A stretch of 64,000 nt of DNA from a bacterium (GCA_027592135.1 JAQCIJ010000001.1:34156-98155), one strand, 5' to 3'. Counted from the stretch's first letter, positions 28,350 through 36,588 are shown. Program-made: numbers and translations. Notes: generated from the sequence alone by a model not told the origin.

Positions 28350-28445
28350 GCCTGCCCGCCGTAGCCATTGTGGAGCAATGCGTAGGTGGGAGTCCTTTCC
28401 AGACATGTTCGACCCCACGTCGCCTGCGGGCTATGAGGGGCAGGC
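28350..28445 (+). other. GC-rich structured segment closed by a long-range 8+7-bp helix
   Basis: GCCTGCCCGCCGTAGCC (28350-28366) pairs with GGCTATGAGGGGCAGGC (28429-28445). TCGCCTGC occurs as a direct repeat at 28348 and 28420. Confidence 0.5.
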
Positions 28446-28513
28446 AAAGACGCTCGAAGAGAGGAAATCAGGCGGGAGGTGATGGAGTTAAAGTATAGGT
28501 TCAAGATGTCTGA

Positions 28514-29101
28514 TTATTCTTCAGCATCAACCAGCTGACTCATGTATTCGACCTGTTCTTCAGAGCTCATATTAGCAGTTACATTATTCTTTGCTTCTTC
28601 GATTTGTTCCTCAAGGTGTTTTCTTGCACCTTCTTGGTCACCTATTGATTGTAAAGTAAAAGTAACTTTCCAGTCTTTGATGCGACTTAAGTAATGCTTT
28701 GTATAGCGATTTTTCGGTTCTACAGCATTGACAGCATCAATTGCTCGACCGTTTAAGTCTCCTACTTGTACACCAACGTCTAGCTTCTGACTAACTGTGA
28801 GGTCAGGTTGAATGATAAAGTACATACTGTTAGCAAGCATTGAAGCTCTGTTCAGTGTCTCTGCTGTATCCTGACTAGGAGTTTCAAGGCAGCCTTGCAG
28901 AGCTGTTCTATATTCTTCGATGGCACTCCGAACCTCTGCTAACTCTTCTTCGGTAATTTCAAATGATTGGGAAGCACAGCCTGCTAAAATTGGCAGACTA
29001 GCTGTTGCTGCAAGAAAGTGGCGCCTACTTATTATTACAGATGATGAGTCTGATGAGGATTCACGTGCTCTTTTAGTCACATATTGTTGCGTTAAGGACA
29101 A
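28514..29101 (-). CDS. Hypothetical lipoprotein with a twin-arginine-like signal peptide
   Basis: SRRHFLAATASLPILAGCAS combines an S-R-R-x-F-L Tat-like motif with an LAGC lipobox. The rest is helical with no recognised domain. Confidence 0.6.
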   Translation of the reverse strand: MSLTQQYVTKRARESSSDSSSVIISRRHFLAATASLPILAGCASQSFEITEEELAEVRSAIEEYRTALQGCLETPSQDTAETLNRASMLANSMYFIIQPDLTVSQKLDVGVQVGDLNGRAIDAVNAVEPKNRYTKHYLSRIKDWKVTFTLQSIGDQEGARKHLEEQIEEAKNNVTANMSSEEQVEYMSQLVDAEE

Positions 29102-29300
29102 AATCCTAAAATGATTAGAGCTAGACTATAATGGTTATTGGATGTGTTATCCAACTAAATTTAGAGAAAAATGAAGGTGAATTTTAAACCTAATCATGCA
29201 ATTTCGTTGAACTCTAGTCATTTTGCCATTAGACTACAAAAGTCCGAAACGTATATAATACCTTTGGTCATAGCTCTTTTTAAGATAGAATTCTCAACGT

Positions 29301-29385
29301 GGGTCGGTACCGAAGTGGTCAAACGGGTCTGGCTGTAAACCAGATGGCTCCGCCTTCGCTGGTTCGAGTCCAGCCCGGCCCACCA
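29301..29385 (+). tRNA. tRNA-Tyr (anticodon GTA), class II with a long variable arm, CCA encoded
   Basis: Manual cloverleaf: acceptor GGGTCGG/CCGGCCC, D stem CCG/CGG, anticodon stem TCTGG/CCAGA with loop CTGTAAA, 13-nt variable arm, T arm GCTGG-TTCGAGT-CCAGC, discriminator A, CCA. Confidence 0.93.
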
Positions 29386-29455
29386 TCAATAAGCACTTTT
29401 TCCATGACAATATATAGAGATAGAAGTATCTTTGAGATACTTTTCCACATCTCTC

Positions 29456-30316
29456 ATGTCCCTCTTCTCATCATTCTATTTCTACTTGGTAGTCGGACTC
29501 TTTTTTCTTATGGGATTTCGCGTTGTGCGACCAATACAACGAGGACTTGTGGAGCGATTTGGTAAATATGTTCGTACCTCAGAACAGGGGTTGCGATGGA
29601 TCATTCCATTTGTCGAACGCATGCGAAAAGTAAATATTACAGAGATACGTTTGGATATTGCAAAGCAGTCTGTGATCACCAAGGATAACTTGAACTTGGA
29701 AATTGATGCCGTTGTGTATTTTAAAGTACATGATGTTTCCAAAGCTATTTATAACGTTGACGACTACGCACAATCTATTCCGTCACTTGCACAAACCACA
29801 CTGCGTGCGATCGTGGGAGAAATGCCATTTACAGAGGTCAATGCTAACCGTGCAAGTATAAATAACAAGATTGAGAAAGAGTTGGATTCGCAAACACAAG
29901 CTTGGGGTATCGATATCCTCCGTGTAGAACTCCAAGATGTCAGCCCTTCGAATGATGTACAGAATGCGATGGACAAAGTGGTAACGGCAGAACGAGAAAA
30001 AGAAGCGACAATCACACAAGCAGCAGCCCTTAAAGAAGCGGCTAAAGAAGAAGCTGAGGCTATCGTAATCGCTGCGAGAGCACAGAAGGAATCTGCAATC
30101 GAAAGAGCGACAGGAGAAGCAGAGGCCATCGCACTCGTGAACAATGCTGTAGAGAAGACATTCCAACTGCGAGCGCAGAAGTACAGAGAGCTAGAAGTCA
30201 CAGAAAATGCACTGAGTGATAATGCAAAAATCATTATCACTGAAAAAGGAATTTCTCCTTCTGTTATTTTAAATACTGAAGGAAGTGATGTGATTCCTGT
30301 AGAGCGGAAGGTTTAG
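29456..30316 (+). CDS. SPFH/Band-7 (stomatin/prohibitin-like) membrane protein
   Basis: N-terminal TM followed by RVVRPIQRGLVERFGKY...ITKDNLNLEIDAVVYFKV...LRAIVGEM and a coiled-coil Ala/Glu-rich C-terminus. The ORF also opens at TTG 29432. Confidence 0.85.
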   Translation: MSLFSSFYFYLVVGLFFLMGFRVVRPIQRGLVERFGKYVRTSEQGLRWIIPFVERMRKVNITEIRLDIAKQSVITKDNLNLEIDAVVYFKVHDVSKAIYNVDDYAQSIPSLAQTTLRAIVGEMPFTEVNANRASINNKIEKELDSQTQAWGIDILRVELQDVSPSNDVQNAMDKVVTAEREKEATITQAAALKEAAKEEAEAIVIAARAQKESAIERATGEAEAIALVNNAVEKTFQLRAQKYRELEVTENALSDNAKIIITEKGISPSVILNTEGSDVIPVERKV

Positions 30317-31479
30317 TGTTTTGCAGCCTTTTTCCTTTTCTTCCTTTTCTCAGCACGTAGTGCAACTGCCTTTTTAGCACTCATTAGGTCTCCATCAGGA
30401 AGGGTTCTGCCTAGGCGTTTAAGAGCTATGCGTAGAATATCTATAAATTTACATTCACCACCATTGTGTGTAGCGGGTAATCCCTTCATCGATAAATCAG
30501 CAACGGTCATTCCATTTAATTGCCCAACAGTAAAAATCCCCACTTTATCCAGTGCGTTTGTATGTCGTGTCCCAAGACCTAGATACGCAATAGTAACATC
30601 ATCGATTGCATGTGGGTCCTGTAGTATTGCTGCAATTTCTGCATCAGAAATTTTATAAACATGACTTTCTCCATTTCCAATTGACGCTCCAGATTGCAGG
30701 CGACGAATCAACATACCATTTTTTTTATCACGAGAATCTCTCCAGCACCAGTGATCAACAATTTTGTTACCAAATTTCATTCGCAGCAGCAATTCTATTC
30801 CTTCTGCGAAGTGACGTGATCCCTGTAAGAAGATCGGTTCTCCATCTTTATCTTTGTAACCTTCTACAAGTCCAGTGCCTCCTTCGCGAATACCTATTGC
30901 TGCTTTTTGTGCATCGGTAATTTCGACATCCTTCTTATTAGGATCTTCATCGGAATCGTCTTTATCATCCGTTTGATATTCGTGCATAATTTCATCATTA
31001 AGGTCATCAACATATATTCCTCGATGCCATTTCTCAATTTCTGCTTCGCTAATTTGATACTTTTCAGTAATAAGATTGGCTAGTTCTGTTCTGCCAATTG
31101 AACATAATTGAAGTATTAAGTCTAATACTTCACGTTGGTCTCTTGATTCAAGAGGAAGAGTGCCACTGTTTGGTTTACCATTTGAGGCATATCGAGAATG
31201 CTGTTTTAAGAGATCAAAGGTTTTGCTGTGGAACGTGTACAGAGGGATAAACATTCGGATAGAATCGACTTGTTCATTAGATGGGAGCTCCAAGCCCGTG
31301 CGCTTTTTCCATAACGTTTTAGCATCAGAAACGTTCTTATTTTGTAGTACTTGATACACTTCTTTGAGTGTTTCAAAAAAGATACAACAGGTTTCGTGAC
31401 TTGGAGTTATATTTATTGGATGAGGACTATCCATCCAGGATGCAATCTCTTGAGCCCATGCTGGTTGCGTTATCAACAT
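30313..31479 (-). CDS. Hypothetical protein with a C-terminal RNA polymerase alpha-CTD-like helix-hairpin-helix domain and a Lys-rich tail
   Basis: LGLGTRHTNALDKVGIFTVGQLNGMTVADL...ILRIALKRLG matches the alpha-CTD HhH pattern (L.LS.R..N.L....I.T.G.L). The N-terminal ~290 aa are unassigned. Confidence 0.55.
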   Translation of the reverse strand: MLITQPAWAQEIASWMDSPHPINITPSHETCCIFFETLKEVYQVLQNKNVSDAKTLWKKRTGLELPSNEQVDSIRMFIPLYTFHSKTFDLLKQHSRYASNGKPNSGTLPLESRDQREVLDLILQLCSIGRTELANLITEKYQISEAEIEKWHRGIYVDDLNDEIMHEYQTDDKDDSDEDPNKKDVEITDAQKAAIGIREGGTGLVEGYKDKDGEPIFLQGSRHFAEGIELLLRMKFGNKIVDHWCWRDSRDKKNGMLIRRLQSGASIGNGESHVYKISDAEIAAILQDPHAIDDVTIAYLGLGTRHTNALDKVGIFTVGQLNGMTVADLSMKGLPATHNGGECKFIDILRIALKRLGRTLPDGDLMSAKKAVALRAEKRKKRKKAAKH

Positions 31480-31571
31480 TTTGATTCATAGTAGATATTT
31501 ATAGTCATTCTGCAAGCACTTGCTGTAGCAAATATCTCGTTCATTTGCTCTCTATTTGGCAAAATATCTGA

Positions 31572-31577
31572 TACAAT
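31572..31577 (+). promoter_or_regulatory. Extended -10-like TGaTACAAT 8 nt upstream of the ATG at 31586
   Basis: The sequence is cTGaTACAATgtcttcgcATG. The same 9-mer occurs at 40633-40641. Confidence 0.35.
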
Positions 31578-31585
31578 GTCTTCGC

Positions 31586-32947
31586 ATGAAATCTGGAAAC
31601 GAATCGACTGCTCAATCTTCTACTTTTAAGGAAATGGGCTTAAATACGGCTATCCTTAATGTTCTAGAACAAAGAAACATCACTCAGCCGACCCCAATTC
31701 AGAGCCAATCCATACCTTTGGGACTGGAAGGAAAAGACCTTATTGGTATTGCTCAGACAGGGACTGGCAAGACTTTTGCCTTTGGACTGCCAATGCTTCA
31801 ACGCATGGCAGAGGGCAAGAAAAGGGGATTAATAATACTTCCAACAAGAGAACTAGCGTATCAGGTAGAGGAATCTCTCAAGCCTTTTGCAGCAGCTTTG
31901 GGTATTCGTACAGCAGTATTCGTAGGAGGATCTCCAATGCACTTGCAGCGAAAGATGCTAAAGCAGAATCCTCGTGTCCTTATTGCAACTCCAGGGCGTC
32001 TCAATGACCACATCGAACGTAAAACAGTCTCTCTTAATGAGGTAGAGATCCTCGTGCTCGACGAAGCAGATCGCATGCTTGATATGGGGTTTAAGCCACA
32101 GATCAATACAATTCTTGCGAAGGTACCAAAAGAAGGTCGGCAGACATTGCTCTTCTCTGCAACGATGCCTCAGGAAATCTTTACACTCGCAAAGACCGAA
32201 ATGAACATGCCATTGCGTATAGAAGTTGCGCAGGAAGGAACAACTGCATCAAAGGTGGTGCAGGAGTTGATCATCGTGAAGCAGCCAGATAAAAGAGACC
32301 TCCTGATTACATTACTCAAAGAACACGAAGGACAAATACTGGTGTTCTCTCGTACAAAGCACGGAGCGAAGAAGATTACACACACCCTAAACGAAAAAGG
32401 ATTCAAAGCAGCAGAGATCCATGCAAATAAGTCTCTCGCTCAGCGTCGTGCAGCTCTTGATGGATTTAAAAAAGGAAGACACCGCGTACTTGTTGCAACA
32501 GATATTGCCTCTCGTGGAATCGACGTGGATGACATTACTCTTGTTGTAAACTACGATCTTCCTGACGACGCAGCAGACTACGTACATCGTATTGGTCGTA
32601 CGGCTCGTGCTGGGAAAAGTGGAAAAGCTATCTCGTTTGCTACTCCTACGCAAGCGGGACACATCCGTGATATCGAAAAGCTGATTCGCGGCCAACTACC
32701 ACGAACGCAGCACAAATCTCTTCCATCACTCGAAATGGAAAAAGGAATGAGTAAAGGAGGAGGGCGACCACCACGCAGGGGATCTGGAGGAGGAAGGCCA
32801 AGTGCATCATCACGACCGAGTGCACGATCCAATTTTTCGAGAAGTCCAAGCTCTCCTCGAACGTTTTCTGGTAATGCAACGCCTAGCAGTGCACTTCGTA
32901 GCAAAAAGCCCCGACCGTTCTCTCGAAGCAGGACGAAGAAGCGGTAG
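31586..32947 (+). CDS. DEAD-box ATP-dependent RNA helicase with an Arg/Ser/Gly-rich C-terminal tail
   Basis: Q motif (FKEMGL...PTPIQ), AQTGTGKT, DEAD (VLDEADRM), SAT, HRIGRTARAG. The ORF also opens at TTG 31556. Confidence 0.92.
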   Translation: MKSGNESTAQSSTFKEMGLNTAILNVLEQRNITQPTPIQSQSIPLGLEGKDLIGIAQTGTGKTFAFGLPMLQRMAEGKKRGLIILPTRELAYQVEESLKPFAAALGIRTAVFVGGSPMHLQRKMLKQNPRVLIATPGRLNDHIERKTVSLNEVEILVLDEADRMLDMGFKPQINTILAKVPKEGRQTLLFSATMPQEIFTLAKTEMNMPLRIEVAQEGTTASKVVQELIIVKQPDKRDLLITLLKEHEGQILVFSRTKHGAKKITHTLNEKGFKAAEIHANKSLAQRRAALDGFKKGRHRVLVATDIASRGIDVDDITLVVNYDLPDDAADYVHRIGRTARAGKSGKAISFATPTQAGHIRDIEKLIRGQLPRTQHKSLPSLEMEKGMSKGGGRPPRRGSGGGRPSASSRPSARSNFSRSPSSPRTFSGNATPSSALRSKKPRPFSRSRTKKR

Positions 32948-33061
32948 GTTTATTGTACAACTATTGCGAATTCTAAATGAGGATTGCTATAGACTATTTT
33001 TATCATTGGTCAATCGAGCTGCCATTTATCCTATACTGAACCTAATTTCCCCCTTCTTTTT

Positions 33062-33466
33062 ATGTTTTTCGTTGAAAATGTCTCGGTTGTTGCGGTTCTC
33101 GTAGCGACGTTTTGTAGCATGCTACTTGGTATGATTTGGTATAATCCGCACGTATTCGGTTCATTCTGGATGGAGCTTACTGGCTTCCGTGAAAATAAGG
33201 ATATGAAAAGCTCTATGCTAACAGGTTTTATAGCTACATTTATTAGTACGTATTTCCTCGCAGTCCTTCTTGCGATTTCTGGTTCTTCAAACTTTAACGA
33301 TGCAGTTGCTATAGCAGGTCTTGTATGGCTTGCAGGAAGCATGCCGACAGCTTTGCACAGAGTTGCTTGGGAAAAGAGTCCAATCAACCTCTTTGCCATT
33401 AATGTGGCTGGAGCTTTGCTAAGCCTCATGGTTGCTGCAGCGGTCTTGCAACAGTGGCCTGGGTAA
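33062..33466 (+). CDS. DUF1761-family membrane protein
   Basis: 134 aa with four hydrophobic helices and an MIWYNPHVFGSFW motif typical of DUF1761. Confidence 0.65.
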   Translation: MFFVENVSVVAVLVATFCSMLLGMIWYNPHVFGSFWMELTGFRENKDMKSSMLTGFIATFISTYFLAVLLAISGSSNFNDAVAIAGLVWLAGSMPTALHRVAWEKSPINLFAINVAGALLSLMVAAAVLQQWPG

Positions 33467-33493
33467 GGAAGATTTGAAGATATTGATTTCTTT

Positions 33494-33862
33494 ATGACAG
33501 TAGCACACGGAAGCCCTACAGATCTTTTCATCACCTTTGCTATCGATAGCATTGTTACTGATAATGAAAAACTCACTACTCATCTAAAAAGTGCAGACTT
33601 CTTTGATGCTACGACTTTCCCAGAGGCTATATTTATAGCAGATAGCTTTGTAGATTCTGGTGAAGGAATATATGCCATTACAGGAATGCTAACAATGCAC
33701 GGTGTAACCAAGAAAGAGATTGTTACTGCAAAGATAACCAGTACATATCTTACAGCTACCCATGTTATCGACCGTACAGACTACGGAATCGGTGGTCCTG
33801 CAGACGGGCTAAAAGCCGTAGATCCTGCTATTCCTCTCGACATCAAAGTAGTCTTTAACTAG
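33494..33862 (+). CDS. YceI-like domain protein, N-terminally truncated (possible gene remnant)
   Basis: DNEKLTTHLKSADFFDATTFPEA and ITGMLTMHGVTKKE are YceI motifs. Similarity (GRFEDIDFF) continues upstream of the ATG, right up to the stop of the preceding gene in the same frame. Confidence 0.6.
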   Translation: MTVAHGSPTDLFITFAIDSIVTDNEKLTTHLKSADFFDATTFPEAIFIADSFVDSGEGIYAITGMLTMHGVTKKEIVTAKITSTYLTATHVIDRTDYGIGGPADGLKAVDPAIPLDIKVVFN

Positions 33863-35829
33863 AGCGCGCCTAATTGTCTAAGAGCACTGAGTGCTCTACT
33901 GTTATTTGGATCGTATTTGAGTGCTTCGGAGAATTGCTCGATAGCTTCTTCTATCTTCTTTCTTTCGGCATACAAGATTCCTGCATTAATACGGGCAGCG
34001 ACGTATGCAGGTTGCAGAGCGATAGCTTTCTCATAGGACTCTAGTGCTTCACGGTTGCGACCGAGGCTGCGATAGGCGATACCTATATTGTAATGTGCCT
34101 GTGGAAAGAAAGGATTGATTTCGATAGTCTCGTGATACTTTGCCATACCCTCTTCAGTTCTTCCGGTATTGATATAGAGAGCACCAAGGTTAAGATGAGC
34201 TACAGGAAAGAGGGGCTGTAACTCTATGGCTTCCAAGAAAGATTCTTCTGCCTTTTGAATTTCTCCCATCTCCTGATAGGTAATACCAAGCCCTAAGTAG
34301 GCTTGAGGGTTTTTGGAGTTCAGCATCAGTGACTGCTTAAATTTGGAGGCTGCTTCTGTGAAGTTACCCTGTTCGCGGTAGGCAGACCCCAAGTTGCTGA
34401 GGATTACGGCATTAGAGTTGGCAGATAGTGCTTTATTATAAAGATGTATAGCTTGGTCGATATCTCCTTTGGTTGCCAGTGCGTTTGCGATACTTGTTTC
34501 AAATTCAGAGATAGCTACTGTATCTTGCTCACCCAGATCAGAGCCCATACGAATAGAAAGTGCTGTTCTATACGACTGCGCTGCTTCCTCAATTTTTCCT
34601 TGTCGACGGTAGAGGTTTCCAATGTTGTTGTGGGCTACGTGAGAATCTGGGTAGTAGCGAATAACATTCGTAAACAACGTTTCTGAATTTTTCCATACTA
34701 GCGATTGAACAGATGCAGTATACGAAAGAAATGCACAAAAGATCACCGTAGCGGAAACAGTGATATTTCTCAATGTATCACGCTGTGCCAATCGGTAGAT
34801 TCCAAGAGAAAGAAGTAAGAATATACCGATACTGGGGATGTAGGCATATCGATCGGATGCTATATAGTACGTTCCTGCTTTGGCAAAGTTTGGAAGGCTT
34901 GGTGCTAGGGTGATCGCAAAAAAGCCTAAGCAAAATGCAAAGATTTTCGTAAATCGCATGGAGATGAGTGTCAAAATTGCGATCAGCGCCACAATGGTAA
35001 ATGGAATCAAGAAGTCTGATGAGCTAAAGACTATTGTGTGGTGATAAGGGTAGAGCACAGAAAGATGAAGAGGTGCTATCAGTTTCTCGAGGTAAAACAC
35101 CGTACTCTTTCCTGCCATTGCAATAATTTGCACAACTGTCTCTGCTTGTAGCATTTGCGATTTACCGAAGTAGGCAATCACTGCAAAAACAAGAGCAAGA
35201 ACAAGGTACGGAACTTTCTCGAGGAGTGATTTTTTGCTCAGGGGTTTTCCTTGGAAGTAATCCATCAGAATAAGGATAACGGGCAGCGTTACAATGGTGA
35301 CCTTAGAAAGAAGCCCAAGCGTAAATGTCACAAGACTCCAGCGCGTATTATTTTGCAAATAGAACCCTGTGCTCAGGAGAAAAAAGAGTGTTGAGAGAAG
35401 ATCCTTTCTTCCACTTGCCCAAGCAATAGCTTCTGTATGAAGAGGGTGCACTAAAAATAAAACACCTGTTAGAAGGCTGACCCATGTATTTTTCGTAAGC
35501 AATCGAATAACCCACACGACAAGTGTGGCATTAAGAATATGTAGAATAAGACTATGAAAGTGATACCACACAGGGCTGGTACCGGATATCAGAAAATCAA
35601 ACTGATAGGAAAGCAGAGTAAGAGGGATATAGAGCTCTGGATCGTATGTTGTAAATATGGTCTTGATGTTTGCAAAGCTAAAGCCACGAATCGCAGGGTT
35701 TTCGTAGATAAGGAGACCATCGTCCCAACGGACGAAGCTATTCGTAAGAGATGCCCCATAGATTAGCAGCCCAATGAATGCGAAGCATCCGAGAAGGAGA
35801 TACCAATGAGATCGTAGACCTTTTTCCAT
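33859..35829 (-). CDS. Polytopic membrane protein (PMT_2/DUF1736, TMTC-like glycosyltransferase fold) with C-terminal TPR repeats
   Basis: About 11 N-terminal TM helices followed by at least 7 TPR units (AHNNIGNLYRRQGKIEEA..., AYLGLGITYQEMGEIQKA..., AHYNIGIAYRSLGRNREA...). Confidence 0.7.
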   Translation of the reverse strand: MEKGLRSHWYLLLGCFAFIGLLIYGASLTNSFVRWDDGLLIYENPAIRGFSFANIKTIFTTYDPELYIPLTLLSYQFDFLISGTSPVWYHFHSLILHILNATLVVWVIRLLTKNTWVSLLTGVLFLVHPLHTEAIAWASGRKDLLSTLFFLLSTGFYLQNNTRWSLVTFTLGLLSKVTIVTLPVILILMDYFQGKPLSKKSLLEKVPYLVLALVFAVIAYFGKSQMLQAETVVQIIAMAGKSTVFYLEKLIAPLHLSVLYPYHHTIVFSSSDFLIPFTIVALIAILTLISMRFTKIFAFCLGFFAITLAPSLPNFAKAGTYYIASDRYAYIPSIGIFLLLSLGIYRLAQRDTLRNITVSATVIFCAFLSYTASVQSLVWKNSETLFTNVIRYYPDSHVAHNNIGNLYRRQGKIEEAAQSYRTALSIRMGSDLGEQDTVAISEFETSIANALATKGDIDQAIHLYNKALSANSNAVILSNLGSAYREQGNFTEAASKFKQSLMLNSKNPQAYLGLGITYQEMGEIQKAEESFLEAIELQPLFPVAHLNLGALYINTGRTEEGMAKYHETIEINPFFPQAHYNIGIAYRSLGRNREALESYEKAIALQPAYVAARINAGILYAERKKIEEAIEQFSEALKYDPNNSRALSALRQLGAL

Positions 35830-35838
35830 GTAGCTATT

Positions 35839-36588
35839 TTAGAGCACAATTCCTACAACGTCTTTCAGAAGAACGCCAATTCCATATGCAAATATTGCTC
35901 CTATAGCTCCAACACTTACAATTTCTATAGGTCCACGCAGTAACCTCTCTCTCGTTACTATACTACGTGTAAGTCCTAGGACTATTAATGCAGCCAATGT
36001 AGACCATATGGCAAAGGTAAACCTATTGGATCGTTCTATCCCAATAAGATAAGGAATAAGTGGGATGGCTCCAAATAGTACAAAGGACACAAAGGTCATA
36101 CATCCATGAAGCAGAGGATTCTCAGTACTCTCTAATGTTAATCCATGCTCATCGAGCATCATTGTATCTGCCCAAACATCTTTATCGGAGATGATGACAC
36201 TTGTCGCTCGTTCTAGGTCTTCCCCAGTAAATCCTTTTTTCTCCAGAGCAATGACAATTTCTTCTCGTTCTATTTCAGGAATTTTCTCAATCTCTTCTAG
36301 TTCTTCTTTGCGGATTCTGTGATATTGATCACGTTCAGATTTAAGAGAAAGAAATGCACCTGTTGCCATAGAAGTTCCATCGGCAATCAAATTTGCAATA
36401 CCCAGAACAATAACGATGTAGTGCGGCATATCAGCACCGACAGTTCCAGCGACAACGGCAAAGGTCGTTACAATACCGTCATTTCCTCCATAGACAACAT
36501 CTTGGATAAATGGCCCTAGCGTATTGCCATGTGTCTCACTTTTCATGTGCTCTAGTGTTCGCTTTCGAAGAGGTGTCTGTTCATTCAT
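35839..36588 (-). CDS. VIT1/CCC1-family iron/manganese transporter
   Basis: [21 protein letters not shown] motif, an acidic cytoplasmic metal-binding stretch ([16 protein letters not shown]) and C-terminal TM helices. Confidence 0.85.
   Translation of the reverse strand: MNEQTPLRKRTLEHMKSETHGNTLGPFIQDVVYGGNDGIVTTFAVVAGTVGADMPHYIVIVLGIANLIADGTSMATGAFLSLKSERDQYHRIRKEELEEIEKIPEIEREEIVIALEKKGFTGEDLERATSVIISDKDVWADTMMLDEHGLTLESTENPLLHGCMTFVSFVLFGAIPLIPYLIGIERSNRFTFAIWSTLAALIVLGLTRSIVTRERLLRGPIEIVSVGAIGAIFAYGIGVLLKDVVGIVL

Larger units (their letters stand above)
28199..28416 (+). ncRNA. tRNA-Tyr(GTA)-like gene interrupted by three insertions (multi-intron tRNA candidate or decaying paralogue)
   Basis: 28199-28217, 28261-28283 and 28327-28342 are 58/58 identical to nt 1-58 of the intact tRNA-Tyr at 29301. 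Removing 28218-28260, 28284-28326 and about 28362-28411 gives an 82-nt cloverleaf with a perfect acceptor stem (GGGTCGG/CCGACCC). The T arm is non-canonical. Confidence 0.6.

Noticed and set aside
28213-28482. 89-aa plus-strand ORF (and the 63-aa antisense ORF 28313-28504) in the GC-rich segment
   Set aside because: It lies entirely on the tRNA-like exons, the two 43-nt repeats and the GC-rich helix. Its internal peptide repeat (QPSL..S..AMAD) simply mirrors the DNA repeat. It starts at GTG with no signals. Open frames are expected in GC-rich structured RNA.
28096-29300. Prophage or integrative element at the tRNA-Tyr locus
   Set aside because: No integrase, excisionase or phage-like gene is present, and only one lipoprotein gene lies between the tRNA copies. 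It is kept only as a possible ancient scar (see findings).
29299-29565. 88-aa ORF starting on top of tRNA-Tyr
   Set aside because: It overlaps the canonical tRNA gene and the 5' end of the SPFH gene in another frame, so it is an ORF-finder artefact.
33031-33576. 181-aa minus-strand ORF across the DUF1761 and YceI genes
   Set aside because: It is a shadow ORF opposite two plus-strand genes that have recognisable family motifs.
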